Shown here: positions 19,255 through 29,695 of the stretch, piece by piece
How the letters are laid out: every line of letters begins with the position of its first letter
Position numbering within the stretch: position 1 is the first letter of the stretch
Source of the DNA: a virus
IMG/VR virus record: IMGVR_UViG_3300006033_000016
Location: 32,001 to 96,000 of that record
Length of the DNA stretch: 64,000 nt
Reading direction: 5' to 3' (one strand)
Made by a program: the position numbers and the translations under genes
The notes under the pieces: generated by a model
The model's database searches: none
What the model was told of the DNA's origin: nothing
The model's input: the letters and a program-made list of their open reading frames with translations, nothing else

Positions 19255-20186
19255 TCCTATCTAAGACTGCTGGAAGTTCTCTTTCCAGCACAACTGTCAC
19301 GACTTCCGGATCAACGGGAGATACTATCACGTTTACACAACGCCACCCGTCATCAGCATGACTAGTCAAACTCTTTTGAAGAAGTTCTGCACTTAACACG
19401 TGCTTGTAGTAGGTTCCTGTCTCGTCGTACTCTGCTGACGTAATGTCTACGATCTCTACAAGGTATTCAAACTTCTTCATTGGACGCCTTCTTAGTTAGA
19501 GACTTCCTTACGGAGACAGACTTTACTGGCACACTAACCACACCTGGGCGACCTGGAATACCACGCAAACCGACCCACCCATGCTCAGGTTCGCTGCTCA
19601 CTACGGCTTCGTGTTGACGTCCGTTGTCGTCCACAAAAACGCGATCTCCAGGCTTCATGTTTCAAGATTGTTTCTTTTGAATGTCTGGTTATGTTGTCTA
19701 AGTGAAGAGAATAAACAAGGTGTACACCAAGATCGCGTTGGCTCTACACAAAAGAGCCATGGGTAGGTTGTGGTACTACCATCCTTAGTAGATTACTTCT
19801 TTGTTCTACAAGAACGAATAAAATAAGAGAAGGACTCTGAAGAGGAATTTTTGTCTATGTTCTCTTCTTTAGGCGAGTCACTGACTGAACCCCTCAGCGC
19901 CTTTATCAATTCTGGTAAACTTGTGATAAGCGCGGGAAGACAAACGAGAGCCAGCTCTTTCAGAAATTCTTTGTGCTCACTCACAAATATCCGTTTCTCT
20001 TGGCCCATTCTCTAGCTCTTCTTCTCGCGGTATCTGCGGGCAGTCTAGAAAGACTCTGAAATAAACGAATAACGTTTGGATCCCATGCTTGCTTTCTGGC
20101 AACTTTTATGGAAGACCCTAAAGCAAAGGAGAGGATAGCATCGACACTGGAGGAGTTTAGAATAACTGGAGACCAATCGATTCTAA

Positions 20187-22379
20187 TCATGACATATCCT
20201 CTTCCATCCTAAAGCCTATTCCAACAGGAAATCTTGGGATTCCGTCATCTGTGAGATCGAAGTACTTTACCTTCAACAAGCACCCCACATAAGATTCGGC
20301 TTCTTGCAGAAGTCTTTTTCGCTCTTCCATCGAGCCCATGGATACCACCTGAAAGGTGTTATCTCCAGCTTTACAGATCCATACAGCACAGTCAGCAAAC
20401 TTGCCCTTGCCCGTAGTATACCCTACAACCTCATACTCCGAGTCATTAAAGGATTTGACCTTGAGTAATCTCTTGGACCTATAAGCAAACTGATATTTGC
20501 TATCATCGTACATCCTGACGATGGCTCCCTCGTACCCTTTCGAGACTACCTTATTGTGGATCCTAAGGATTTCGTCTTCGTTGTGAGCCTCATAAGTCTC
20601 GACCAAATGAACAACGTCCCCTAATCTATGGGAGGATGTGTTAAAGAAAGCGTATAGGTGGTGATACCTGTCAACCCAGCTGGCGCTTCGGTCATTAAGC
20701 AGCACACAGTCGTACACATGATATTGTATCTTGCTTGTGTTCGCTTGTAACTTCTTCACCCACGAAGTAATGGTCTGAAACCCGACTCCGTGCAAGTAAA
20801 GCTCCCCGTCTAAAACTAGATTCGGAGGGAGGACGTTCTTCAGAACAGAAATTATGTGAGGACAGTTGTACTCCTTCCCTCCTCGGGAAAGGAGCTTCAA
20901 GTCTTCTCCGTCCCAGTAAGCAAGAGCCCTACAATTATGGATAACATGTCCATTCGCCACATATGTGTGGTTGTCTTCAACCTCGATGTCATATTTAGCA
21001 GCAACAGGCATGAACTTAGCGTGCCTCACATGGAATCGCTGCCAGACAGGTCCTTTTGTTACAGGTCTTACATACCCTTCAGTCGGGAAGTAAAACTTGT
21101 ATTCAACACCCTTGCAGTGCTTTGTTCTTAACTTGTTCAAGATCCAAAGAGTGTCCTTGGTACTAAAGCAAAGAAACTTTCCAGGGACATTACCGGTGTC
21201 CTCTACTACCTTGTCTGTGTACACAGAAGGAGTACAATCCCACTCTGATCTAAAGTATTTCCTGTATTCCTCGATCTGATCCTCTGAAGAGGAGTGAGTG
21301 TGCAAGTATAAACGAGGCGTGGTTGGGTCTCCATTATTATTCTGTATGGAACCATCATCACCGATCCACAATGCCAAGGCTTCTGGGGAAAGAAGCTCAC
21401 GTAAGGTTTCGTGATACACTACCTTACGTTTTCCAACATTAGGTGAGTGACCTGTGTGATAAAACCTAGATATAGGGAATGTGGACGAAGTGAGAGCGGA
21501 AGAAATGAACGCCTTCCCTCTGGATCCAAATCCAGAAGTGTACGTTACAGACGAGCCAGTGAGCCCTAAAAGGCTCTTCTTGAATTCAAAGAATTCTTTG
21601 TTTGTATGAGCGAACTTTGACCTGTATGATGTCCCAGACCCACGTTTTTCCACGACCAGCATAGAATCACCCAGGAGGGTCCCAGCCAGCAAAGAGTTGA
21701 AGTACGAACTGTCGTCAAAAGAAAGTATTAGATCGCATTTAGGGTCTAGGTCTCGGGCTTCCTTCCATCCAGATGGAGTGAGAAACTTATGATCGCTAGT
21801 GCACTTAATGTGATTACCAAATTCAGGAACTACGTCTAACCAATGAGTGTGGTCCGCATACCCGTTATTGAACCAACCTACAACTCTCTTAAACTCAAAC
21901 ACCTCTTTGCTTTCATTGTAAGAGAGAACTTCTAGGGAAAGTCTCCCTTCTACAATTTCTTGGATTGTCTTTGGTCCATCTGAGGTAGTCAAGACTGTGC
22001 TACCATAGACGCAACCATCCAGTTTAGGCTGCACGTCACACGGATAGGTGTGACCGTCCTTCTTCTGACCTCTTCGCTTCTCGAATTCAGAAGCCAACAT
22101 GGGAAGAAATATCTCATCATTTTTGGCTTCATCAATAGTACGACGATACTTTCTCTCTACTCGATGAGTCCACATGGACTTAGCTTCAGCAACCGCTTGT
22201 TCTTCTGGTGTGGTGGCATTGGACTTGTCCACGTTCTTGGCGTCAGCTGTCTTTCGAGCAAGCTGCTTTTTACCGTCTATTTGACCATATTCTGTGCACA
22301 CGTCAGCTCCCTCTGTCCATACTCTCCAGGAGTATAGAGCACCAGAGGAACCCTTGTGGTATAAGGTGTCAAACTGCAT
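20187..22379 (-). CDS. ATP-dependent DNA ligase interrupted by an intein
   Basis: QPKLDG|CRA, SRGGK, LDGELY, YDC, EGAIVR, LLKVK, PRFPV; start MQFD inferred (ORF track 22403). Confidence 0.93.
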   Translation of the reverse strand: MQFDTLYHKGSSGALYSWRVWTEGADVCTEYGQIDGKKQLARKTADAKNVDKSNATTPEEQAVAEAKSMWTHRVERKYRRTIDEAKNDEIFLPMLASEFEKRRGQKKDGHTYPCDVQPKLDGCVYGSTVLTTSDGPKTIQEIVEGRLSLEVLSYNESKEVFEFKRVVGWFNNGYADHTHWLDVVPEFGNHIKCTSDHKFLTPSGWKEARDLDPKCDLILSFDDSSYFNSLLAGTLLGDSMLVVEKRGSGTSYRSKFAHTNKEFFEFKKSLLGLTGSSVTYTSGFGSRGKAFISSALTSSTFPISRFYHTGHSPNVGKRKVVYHETLRELLSPEALALWIGDDGSIQNNNGDPTTPRLYLHTHSSSEDQIEEYRKYFRSEWDCTPSVYTDKVVEDTGNVPGKFLCFSTKDTLWILNKLRTKHCKGVEYKFYFPTEGYVRPVTKGPVWQRFHVRHAKFMPVAAKYDIEVEDNHTYVANGHVIHNCRALAYWDGEDLKLLSRGGKEYNCPHIISVLKNVLPPNLVLDGELYLHGVGFQTITSWVKKLQANTSKIQYHVYDCVLLNDRSASWVDRYHHLYAFFNTSSHRLGDVVHLVETYEAHNEDEILRIHNKVVSKGYEGAIVRMYDDSKYQFAYRSKRLLKVKSFNDSEYEVVGYTTGKGKFADCAVWICKAGDNTFQVVSMGSMEERKRLLQEAESYVGCLLKVKYFDLTDDGIPRFPVGIGFRMEEDMS
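20934..22013 (-). mobile_element. intein with LAGLIDADG endonuclease (360 aa)
   Basis: starts CVYGST, block B CTSDHKFLT, GTLLGDS and LWIGDDGS, ends YDIEVEDNHTYVANGHVIHN followed by Cys. Confidence 0.93.
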
Positions 22380-23834
22380 CAAAGAGGGTCCTTTTCCACA
22401 CACTCAGGGCACAGGATAGATACCGCGTCATAGTATGGAATAGTATTTGTATACCTAAACTTTGAGTCAACGAAATATCCATATCTTTCTTTCCACATCC
22501 ATCCGGCAGGAAGAGTCAAGTTATGGTGTTTCGTGTCCTCAGGCTGAAGTGGTCTGACCTCTCCGACAAAAACTTTCATATCCGCTTGTGCGGCGCACCT
22601 GTGGCATTCCACAGTCATGTGGCAGTAGAACATCAGCGATGCGCAGATATGAGAGTCAAAGCTAGACTGCTTAGATGTATGCGAGAAACATCATCAGAGG
22701 TTAGCCTGGAGAGCTTGTCTTTTATTTCAGGGTTCGCGCAGGCCACCTCTACCGCTCGGCCCGGTTTGGGTCTTCTGCTGTCGCAAAGAGAATCTAAGGA
22801 GATACGCTCCAAAAGCGAGGGATAGTCTGTCATCTCATACCTAATTTCTTAGAAGGTTTGTAGAGAGGCATAATTTTGGAAAATGGATTATTATCTGCCT
22901 TAGGCGCAGTAACTAGAGTGAACCTGGAGTCAAACTCCAGTCTGGGAACATACTGCAATCCCCTGCACGGACCAGGTCCCTGCAGGCCTACCGGATCGGC
23001 GCCCTCTTGGGTAACTTCCCACCAGGTGGTTCCTGACTCATCTGCCCATAATTTAGCTTCTCGGGTCATAAATCAAGTCTCTTGCGCAGGCCGCTAATCT
23101 TTAGCGATAAGTAGATACTAACCAAAACCAAGGGCGGCGATACGAGAGCTTCTACAAGGGTCATACCACCCTAAATAGGATGGGTTAGGAACAGTTCAGT
23201 ATACCCTTCTGTGACTCTTTTCTAAACCTGTCTTCAAATCGAGACCTAAGGTCAAGATACCTTTTGTAGTCCAACTCTTCTCTTTCGAGCTTCTGAGATT
23301 CGATGAAGGATTCGTAGTCGGACGTCCAGGATTCCAGGGGAATACTTTCTTTTTTCACATCTCCATGAAGAACCGTCAGTTTCTTTAGCTTGGAAAGGGT
23401 ATCTGCTGCGGACAGCTCATATCTCTTACTATCAGCCAAAATAGAAATAACCCACTCTTTAGCTGCCGCCAGGGCAGCTTTCTTTGTAGGGTATATTTCA
23501 TATTCGTAAAACGGACTGTCAGAGTTGTAAGATACAACCCATATCTTTTTGATTCTCCGTGCCATTTCACACCCCAATAGACTTGAGAAGATTCAACCAA
23601 TCCTTTACAGGATAAAAGGTGTGGCCCTCCGAAGTCCAAAAGACCCATCCTCCTGCCTTCTGGGCAAGGGATAGAAGGTGAGTCATCTCTGGATAGGATA
23701 GGGATTCAATTCGAATTTGACCTAAGGAGGCTCTCCACAGAGATACCTCCCAACCCACTACAGGGTGAGATCCATGTTCCTTTACGCACAAGCGAATTAC
23801 TTCTTCAGAGAGGAGACGTTGGTTCTCTGATAGT

Positions 23835-23987
23835 TCACTCGGAGGAAGCATCGGGTCGAATCTTACAGGCACAGAAGTGAGAATCAAAGTAGTGATCCGG
23901 AGCGCAAAGTACAGGTCTACAGGTGGGCTCTGGAGGTATTGCCGGAGCGCAAGAAAACAAAAGGAGTAGAGATAGCAAGCGAATCAT
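23835..23987 (-). CDS. small Cys-rich lipoprotein-like peptide (50 aa, not in ORF track)
   Basis: manual translation MIRLLSLLLLFSCAPAIPPEPTCRPVLCAPDHYFDSHFCACKIRPDASSE. Confidence 0.5.
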   Translation of the reverse strand: MIRLLSLLLLFSCAPAIPPEPTCRPVLCAPDHYFDSHFCACKIRPDASSE

Positions 23988-23999
23988 GATAAAAACTTT

Positions 24000-24119
24000 T
24001 GGCCCCACACCCAGGAATTGAACCCGGATTCTGCTAGTACGTAACTACAACGGACCTAAGGTGGCGTTATGAGCCCGGTTTTCAGGACTCAAGTAGCAGA
24101 AGCTCTCCAGAGATGTGGG
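24000..24119 (-). ncRNA. tRNA-like RNA with expanded anticodon-arm domain
   Basis: CCCACAT/GTGTGGG acceptor + GCCA, T arm CCGGG-TTCAATT-CCTGG, 8-bp stem TTCTGCTA/TAGCAGAA enclosing hairpins. Confidence 0.65.
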
Positions 24120-24142
24120 ATACTCCTCATATAAGGATAGAA

Positions 24143-24451
24143 CTAACCTCTTTTGTGCCAAACAGGCTGACTAGTTGCGTGACTTCCCCCTTTGGTCGAC
24201 ACCCAACGTACGAAAGAAGCTACTTTTTCGTGAGCCAACAACTTATCCAAGGTGTTGTACTCTGACCCCAAATTCTTTTCTGGAATGAAGCGATGTATGG
24301 CGTCGTGGCAGTCACGGCACACCATAATTCCTGAGTCTAGCTGTTCTTTAGAGAAGGTCTTCTTAAACCATTTTCTCGTGTGTAGAGTTCGTGGAATAAG
24401 ATGATGAAAGGTGAGAGGCAACTCTCTAGAACAAAGAGTGCAGTTAGACAC
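24143..24451 (-). CDS. small HNH-like protein
   Basis: CTLCSR, TFHHLIP, VCRDCHDAIH. Confidence 0.75.
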   Translation of the reverse strand: MSNCTLCSRELPLTFHHLIPRTLHTRKWFKKTFSKEQLDSGIMVCRDCHDAIHRFIPEKNLGSEYNTLDKLLAHEKVASFVRWVSTKGGSHATSQPVWHKRG

Positions 24452-24606
24452 GTCAATCTTCCTTCAATAACAAAGACACGGTAAACGCAAAAACACCGGC
24501 GCCTACATTAATACCTACCAAAGGCTGACCTTCCGCATAAAATGCAGCCAATCCGAATCCTATCGCAGCTACTACGGCAAAAGTGAAGGACCAGAGTCTC
24601 ATCTTT

Positions 24607-24681
24607 TGGAGCCTTGGGTGGGGATTGAACCCACGACTTCCTCCTTACCAAGGAGGTACTCTGCCACTGAGTTACCAAGGC
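24607..24681 (-). tRNA. tRNA-Thr(GGT)
   Basis: cloverleaf, CCTCC-TTGGTAA-GGAGG, TCCA end. Confidence 0.93.
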
Positions 24682-25034
24682 AAATCACAGCCTACCAAGA
24701 TAAGGTGTTATTCCTTCACTAGTAGCTTTTTCTTCTAAGCTCTTTAGCGTGTCGGTCTCCTCGTCAGTTAGACGACGAACCCACACTGCCCCTGCTACGA
24801 TTACACTTCCGTGTGGCGTGACACACTCATACATAGAGTTTAGGTTCTCGTCAAAAGGAAATGTAGATACGACTCTGCACAGAAAAGTAGAACCGTTGCA
24901 TGATACTGCACAGGAGTCTCCTTTTTCCAAATTTCCTACAAAGTGTGTCATAACAAATGGCACCAGGTTTCGGTTACGCTCCGAACTCTTTTGATCTTCA
25001 GTCAAACGCTTTCACTAGATTAGCTTACCTGGCG

Positions 25035-25108
25035 TGGCAGGTCGGGCGGGATTTGAACCCGAACTAATGGATTTGGAATCCATTGTGCTACCGTTACACT
25101 ACCGACCT
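25035..25108 (-). tRNA. tRNA-Trp(CCA)
   Basis: cloverleaf, ATGGA-TTCCAAA-TCCAT, GCCA end. Confidence 0.92.
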
Positions 25109-25111
25109 AAA

Positions 25112-25235
25112 GTGCCAACAGGATTTATAAAGACGTTTGGACTATTGCTCTACCATTTGAGCTACCACATCGTTTCCGAGGTGGACTGGAATCGAACCAG
25201 CACGCGACAGTTGTAGTCTTTACAGCATTTGGCAC
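25112..25235 (-). ncRNA. Y RNA-like (YrlA-type) RNA 4
   Basis: stem GTGCCAA/TTGGCAC, AAGAC/GTCTT; T arm CTGG-TTCGATT-CCAG, acceptor hairpin, canonical D arm TAGCTCAAATGGTAGAGC. Confidence 0.88.
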
Positions 25236-25575
25236 AAAAATCATCTCTTATAAGGGAAGAACCTTCCCTCGATGTAGACCGGAACCCCCTCCCAGTTGCC
25301 TGGAAGTGCGTTCTTAGCCTCGGACACAAGAGTTATTTGACGATCTACTTCGTCATCAAAGGCATACACGATGATTCCGTTAGGGCCTGACCGCTTTGGG
25401 TCCAGCCCATACCCCACAGAGTAGTTCTCTGTAGAGAAGAAATCAGCGTGAGCTTCCTTGAATCTGTCCGTGGCCTTTTTGATATTCTGGCTCATCTATG
25501 TATTCCTGTATCTAAGTGTGATTGTGGAGATGAAGGTTCCACATCTTAGATTTACAGACATCAGACTCAAGAATC

Positions 25576-25661
25576 GGCGGAAAGAGTGGGATTCGAACCC
25601 ACGGTACTAAAAGTACGACCGCTTAGCAAGCGGTTGCCTTAGACCACTCGGCCATCTTTCC
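25576..25661 (-). tRNA. tRNA-Ser(GCT)
   Basis: ACCGC-TTGCTAA-GCGGT, long variable arm, G discriminator. Confidence 0.92.
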
Positions 25662-26220
25662 TCTGTCACCAAAAGGCAAGCAACTCTAGGCGCCCCAGTC
25701 TAAGAAAAGCGGAGTAGTTTCCCCTGTTGGAGTCAACAAGCTTGTGCTCTCCAGATCTTATGGAAGACCACGTGATATACGGGTTCAACAAGGCAGCGAG
25801 GTCTAACGATCCCATGCGGATCCGTAGTGTACCGTCACTATCTCTAGATAGATCCATTTTCCTTCTCCACATATCTAAGGAGGTCGTAAAGACCGTTTCT
25901 TACATCATTCTTGTGTAGATTACCATACTGCATAATTTCAATGTGTTCCGTTCTTTTTGATTTAGTAAGCAGAACCCAACACGGTTTACTATGGAAGTCT
26001 GTAGGCAGACTCAGTACGAATCGTCCATAAGACATAATGAACTCGCAAGAAAGAGAACCGTCGTAATCAATGGACACGTCACACTCTGGAAGGCGTTCAC
26101 CTAAAGCCCTATACACAGGGGCAGCCTCAGCTAAAACTCTATTCACGTGAAGAGAGAATGTTGCATCACAAAGGTAAGATTCCAATTGAGACAACTTAGA
26201 AATTGACATCTACACACTCC

Positions 26221-26295
26221 GGTAGGCGGAGAGGGGTTCGAACCCTCGACAAACAGATTAAGAGTCTGCTGCTCTACCAACTGAGCTACCCGCCC
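26221..26295 (-). tRNA. tRNA-Lys(CTT)
   Basis: GCAGA-CTCTTAA-TCTGT, canonical D and T arms. Confidence 0.93.
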
Positions 26296-26434
26296 AAATG
26301 ACTCCAGTTGGAAGTACGCTGGAGTCCCCGTACCCGTCTGATATTTGTGACAGCTCCCGCAGACGGTCAGGAGTTAGTCTGTCAGTCCTCCCTCACGAAA
26401 GAACCCTCTCAGCGGCACAAAGCAAACTGAGAGC

Positions 26435-27178
26435 CTATGCTTTTTTGGCTTTCTTGTAGCAAACCGAAGCCAGATCGACTCCTGCACTTATAGCCTTCTC
26501 TTCTCTATCCTTTGGGTCGGACAGAAGAGCGGAGGAGAGATCTTCTCTTGCCTTTTTAAGATGAACAGTAGCCAAGTCATGCGTGTGTAAACTTCGAAGA
26601 AGTCTAAGACCATGGTAAATAATGAGTCGACGCTTAGTTCTTCCCTGGGCTACTTCAGAAGTATTACGACTGGACTTCGATCTAGACTTGGACCTCCCCA
26701 AGGAATCCTCCTCAGGAGAAGAAAGCTCGTCTAGCAAAGCAGTATAGAAGGGAACAATATCTGGTATGTTATCAACCAGCTGACCCACCTTGAAGGAGTC
26801 CTTACCTCGTACAACAGTGGTTCCTTTATCTGGAAGAAGAGAGCTTATGTAGTGTGGCAAACTTCTATCCAAACTGAGCCGCATGTCAGAAGGATGTGTG
26901 TCTGCCACATGAGGAGAGTGGCTACAGGGTGAGGTCTCCCTGTTGTCCAGCTTACTTGCGGCCTCCAAAAAACACAAGGCAATATCTCTCAACTGATCTG
27001 AGGTTATTCCCTCAAGAGAATTGCCGCTAATTCGCATAGAGGTAGAAAACGCGCCCATAGCACCGTTTTCCACCTTTAGGATAGCACGATCGGACCGTTT
27101 TACGTCTCTATCTATGCGAATGGTTACTCCACTATTTCCTGTATGAATGTACCTAGAGTCTAGATTAAGATCGGACAT
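26435..27178 (-). CDS. hypothetical protein
   Basis: 247-aa ORF with GGAG RBS. Confidence 0.65.
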   Translation of the reverse strand: MSDLNLDSRYIHTGNSGVTIRIDRDVKRSDRAILKVENGAMGAFSTSMRISGNSLEGITSDQLRDIALCFLEAASKLDNRETSPCSHSPHVADTHPSDMRLSLDRSLPHYISSLLPDKGTTVVRGKDSFKVGQLVDNIPDIVPFYTALLDELSSPEEDSLGRSKSRSKSSRNTSEVAQGRTKRRLIIYHGLRLLRSLHTHDLATVHLKKAREDLSSALLSDPKDREEKAISAGVDLASVCYKKAKKA

Positions 27179-27240
27179 CTGATTTTCTCCAGTTGGTTAG
27201 GTGTTCGGCGTTAGCCGAATTGACCTTCGCACATGGTGCG

Positions 27241-27327
27241 GGCAGAGGAGGTGGGATTCGAACCCACGGTACCCGGAGGTACACACGATTTCCAGTCGTG
27301 CGCCTTAGACCACTCGGCCACTCCTCT
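27241..27327 (-). tRNA. tRNA-Ser(GGA)
   Basis: CACGA-CTGGAAA-TCGTG, long variable arm. Confidence 0.93.
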
Positions 27328-27332
27328 AAGTC

Positions 27333-27944
27333 TTAGGAGATTACAGATGCCAGTTTTTCTTGTGCTTTTGCAAGAACAGCCTTTGCCCGTTCTATCTCCC
27401 ACTCCCGAAGAAGTCGTGGATAAGACTCTACAGCGTCGTTATAGGCAGCAAGTTTTGCTTCATAGTCTGCCCTCAATTTATCATTTTCTTGTCTAACTTC
27501 TTCTGGACTACGTGAGTATTCCACCATAACGACAAGAGGGTCATATTCGCCACCATACTCGATATGGTATTCAGATCCAGCCAATGCTTTGACGAGCAGT
27601 GGAATAGTTGTATGGTCTAAACAGGACTCCGCATGAACCAGGTCGTTTTCGGAAAGAAAAGCCCACTCTGGGCTGTCTTTTTCAGTCTCTCTGTAGAAAG
27701 CGAGAGATTCTAGACTAAATTGGAATACGAAGGGATGAAAGGACTCTGCAAGGGCAACCACTCCAAAACTAGTCATCAAGAAGAACCCCTTACCAAGGTC
27801 TATGATCCCTTCTCCCACAGGAAGGGAATAGTTGGGATAAGACACGTTAAGCTTGTACAACTCAAACCATTCCCTTCTTGTCTGAGCTGCCTCCTTCGGC
27901 TTAGAGGGCTTCTTAGGCTTCGTAGGTTTCTTGAGGTTCTTCAT
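27333..27944 (-). CDS. hypothetical protein
   Basis: 203-aa ORF, KP-rich N-terminus, coiled-coil C-terminus. Confidence 0.65.
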   Translation of the reverse strand: MKNLKKPTKPKKPSKPKEAAQTRREWFELYKLNVSYPNYSLPVGEGIIDLGKGFFLMTSFGVVALAESFHPFVFQFSLESLAFYRETEKDSPEWAFLSENDLVHAESCLDHTTIPLLVKALAGSEYHIEYGGEYDPLVVMVEYSRSPEEVRQENDKLRADYEAKLAAYNDAVESYPRLLREWEIERAKAVLAKAQEKLASVIS

Positions 27945-27962
27945 AAGACGTCCTGACTAAAT

Positions 27963-27990
27963 TAGTGGAGCTGACGGGGATCGAACCCCA
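27963..27990 (-). pseudogene. 3' fragment of split tRNA-Ala
   Basis: GGGTTCGATCCCCGTCAGCTCCA: T loop plus acceptor 3' strand complementary to GGGGCTG at 28615. Confidence 0.8.
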
Positions 27991-28017
27991 TCTTTGTACC
28001 TAGACGAGTGTAGGAGC

Positions 28018-28551
28018 CTAGTGAATGCCCAACCGTCTTCGCCCCACACATGGGTTCGAATTTCCCCATGTTGGAGTTAAACTATGACAGTTTGGGCAAA
28101 GCAGCCTAAGATTTGATGGTACAGTATTTAGACAATTACCATCTATGTGGTCGACCTGAAGAGGTATGTTCCCCGTTACTTCGTTGACCTCAGCCCATCC
28201 GCATTTCTCGCACTTAGAATCTGCTCGGTCAAACAACCAACGTTTTACATGAGAGGAAAGCTGCTTCTGCGCATTGTTAATATGTCCTGAAACTTCTCCT
28301 GAAACCCATTTTTCGATGTATAGATTATACTGATAATCAAACTGGCATCTATTACTACAATAATGACTACGTTTGTTGGTTAGAGGAGTACTACATCGTA
28401 GGCAATTAGGGTGTGCAAGGTACGGATCAGTTTTTAACTTGTGCTTTACGAGCCAATAACGTATACGTCCTTTGCTGCAGCCTAAACGCTTAGCAATGTT
28501 CTGTATTGATAGTTTTTCGTTTACTAAAGATTCAAGAAGATCGTATTCCAC
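28018..28551 (-). CDS. HNH endonuclease with N-terminal HTH, inside split tRNA-Ala
   Basis: SIQNIAKRLGCS, CEKCG, LQVDHIDGN, NLRLLCPNCHS. Confidence 0.9.
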   Translation of the reverse strand: MEYDLLESLVNEKLSIQNIAKRLGCSKGRIRYWLVKHKLKTDPYLAHPNCLRCSTPLTNKRSHYCSNRCQFDYQYNLYIEKWVSGEVSGHINNAQKQLSSHVKRWLFDRADSKCEKCGWAEVNEVTGNIPLQVDHIDGNCLNTVPSNLRLLCPNCHSLTPTWGNSNPCVGRRRLGIH

Positions 28552-28590
28552 ACTTAAATCATAAGTGAGAGTAAGATCTCTTCTAACTTT

Positions 28591-28615
28591 ACTCTCCCAG
28601 CTGAGCTACAGCCCC
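28591..28615 (-). pseudogene. 5' fragment of split tRNA-Ala
   Basis: GGGGCTGTAGCTCAGCTGGGAGAG: canonical tRNA-Ala acceptor 5' strand and D arm. Confidence 0.85.
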
Positions 28616-29103
28616 ATACCTTTTTCTTTACAGTGTTTTGTATAGTACCACAAGGCTTCCTGTCCTGCTTCGGACAGAGAAGAACAAGGAATTTTTCTTT
28701 TCTCCTTAGCGTAAAGCCAAGTAAGATAGGTCATCTTCTCGGCCGATTCCGGATACCCAAAAACTATATCCTTGTCCCGAAGCCATAAACCGAATTCTAC
28801 GTTGGTAGTAAAGCCCGGCATTCCTTCTGACAGGGATCTTGGAACCCAGAACAGAAGTAAGTTGCAAGAGGATATGGCCAGATACTCCCATTCAGTTTGG
28901 TGATCGTAATTACCGTGAAACGTACCTGTCCTATCCTCTGGGTAGAACAGGCAAACGTTGTCCGTCTTCCCGAAAATACTCTCCAGTTCTCTCACAGCAG
29001 AAGGGCGCCAAGACTTAGCGTTAGAGTCGCGAGGAGTAGGACCTGCGAGAAATATGCTGAAGGACGTGTAGGTGAGTGGTTCTAGAGCGTAACAAATGTT
29101 CAT
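28606..29103 (-). CDS. nucleoside 2-deoxyribosyltransferase-like protein
   Basis: IFLAGPTPR, SWR, QTEWE, FWVPR, GFTTNVEFG. Confidence 0.82.
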   Translation of the reverse strand: MNICYALEPLTYTSFSIFLAGPTPRDSNAKSWRPSAVRELESIFGKTDNVCLFYPEDRTGTFHGNYDHQTEWEYLAISSCNLLLFWVPRSLSEGMPGFTTNVEFGLWLRDKDIVFGYPESAEKMTYLTWLYAKEKRKIPCSSLSEAGQEALWYYTKHCKEKGMGL

Positions 29104-29124
29104 GGTACTCTTTAGAGTTTACTG

Positions 29125-29200
<76 letters not shown>

Positions 29201-29695
29201 TCATGTTTGTCCTGTTAGTCTCTTTCGACCCAGTCCAAGTCCGTAATGTCACGAAGAACATTCAAGGTTTTGGCACTTTTTGCAGAAAGAGAAGAGGCTA
29301 TGATTTGAGCCAACGCGGAAGTACTAAGACGCTCTCCTACTACCCAGGACTTTCTTATTTCTGATAGCAGGTTGTAGATGTCCGGCCTGTGGGACTCTTC
29401 CGCCTTCTTCATCAGGCTTTCAAACTCAGAGAATACAAAAGGTATAGCCACGGATGATTTGGATTTCATAATGGACTGAAGAGATTCTAGGCACTGAGAG
29501 CATGTGATGGGCTCTTCTGCCGTTCCTCCTCCATTAGACCCAAACCAAAGGGAACTAGATCGGCAAAGTGCGAACAACCCTTCATCGATACGATAAACAA
29601 TATGAGATAGCTGAGGAACACAGTCGTCTCCATCGTACCCTACGCCCATCCCTCTGGATAAAACGAAGTACTCTTCTTCCGGAGAAAGAGGTCTT

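Noticed and set aside
23896-23952. Direct repeat CCGGAGCGCAA (2 copies)
   Set aside because: Explained by a repeated Cys-Ala-Pro in a 50-aa minus-strand ORF; not a CRISPR or att site
26300-26433. Self-cleaving ribozyme call (hammerhead, HDV/theta, twister)
   Set aside because: Catalytic core sequences and stem order could not be matched by eye; kept only as an unclassified structure
27211-27496. ORFs overlapping tRNA genes (also 25034..25216, 33138..33414, 34014..34316, 38159..38416)
   Set aside because: Chance open frames across RNA genes
27963-28615. tmRNA interpretation of the Ala-type ends
   Set aside because: The 5' part has a full tRNA D stem, the interior is a 177-aa HNH ORF with its own start codon, and no tag peptide or pseudoknots were recognised
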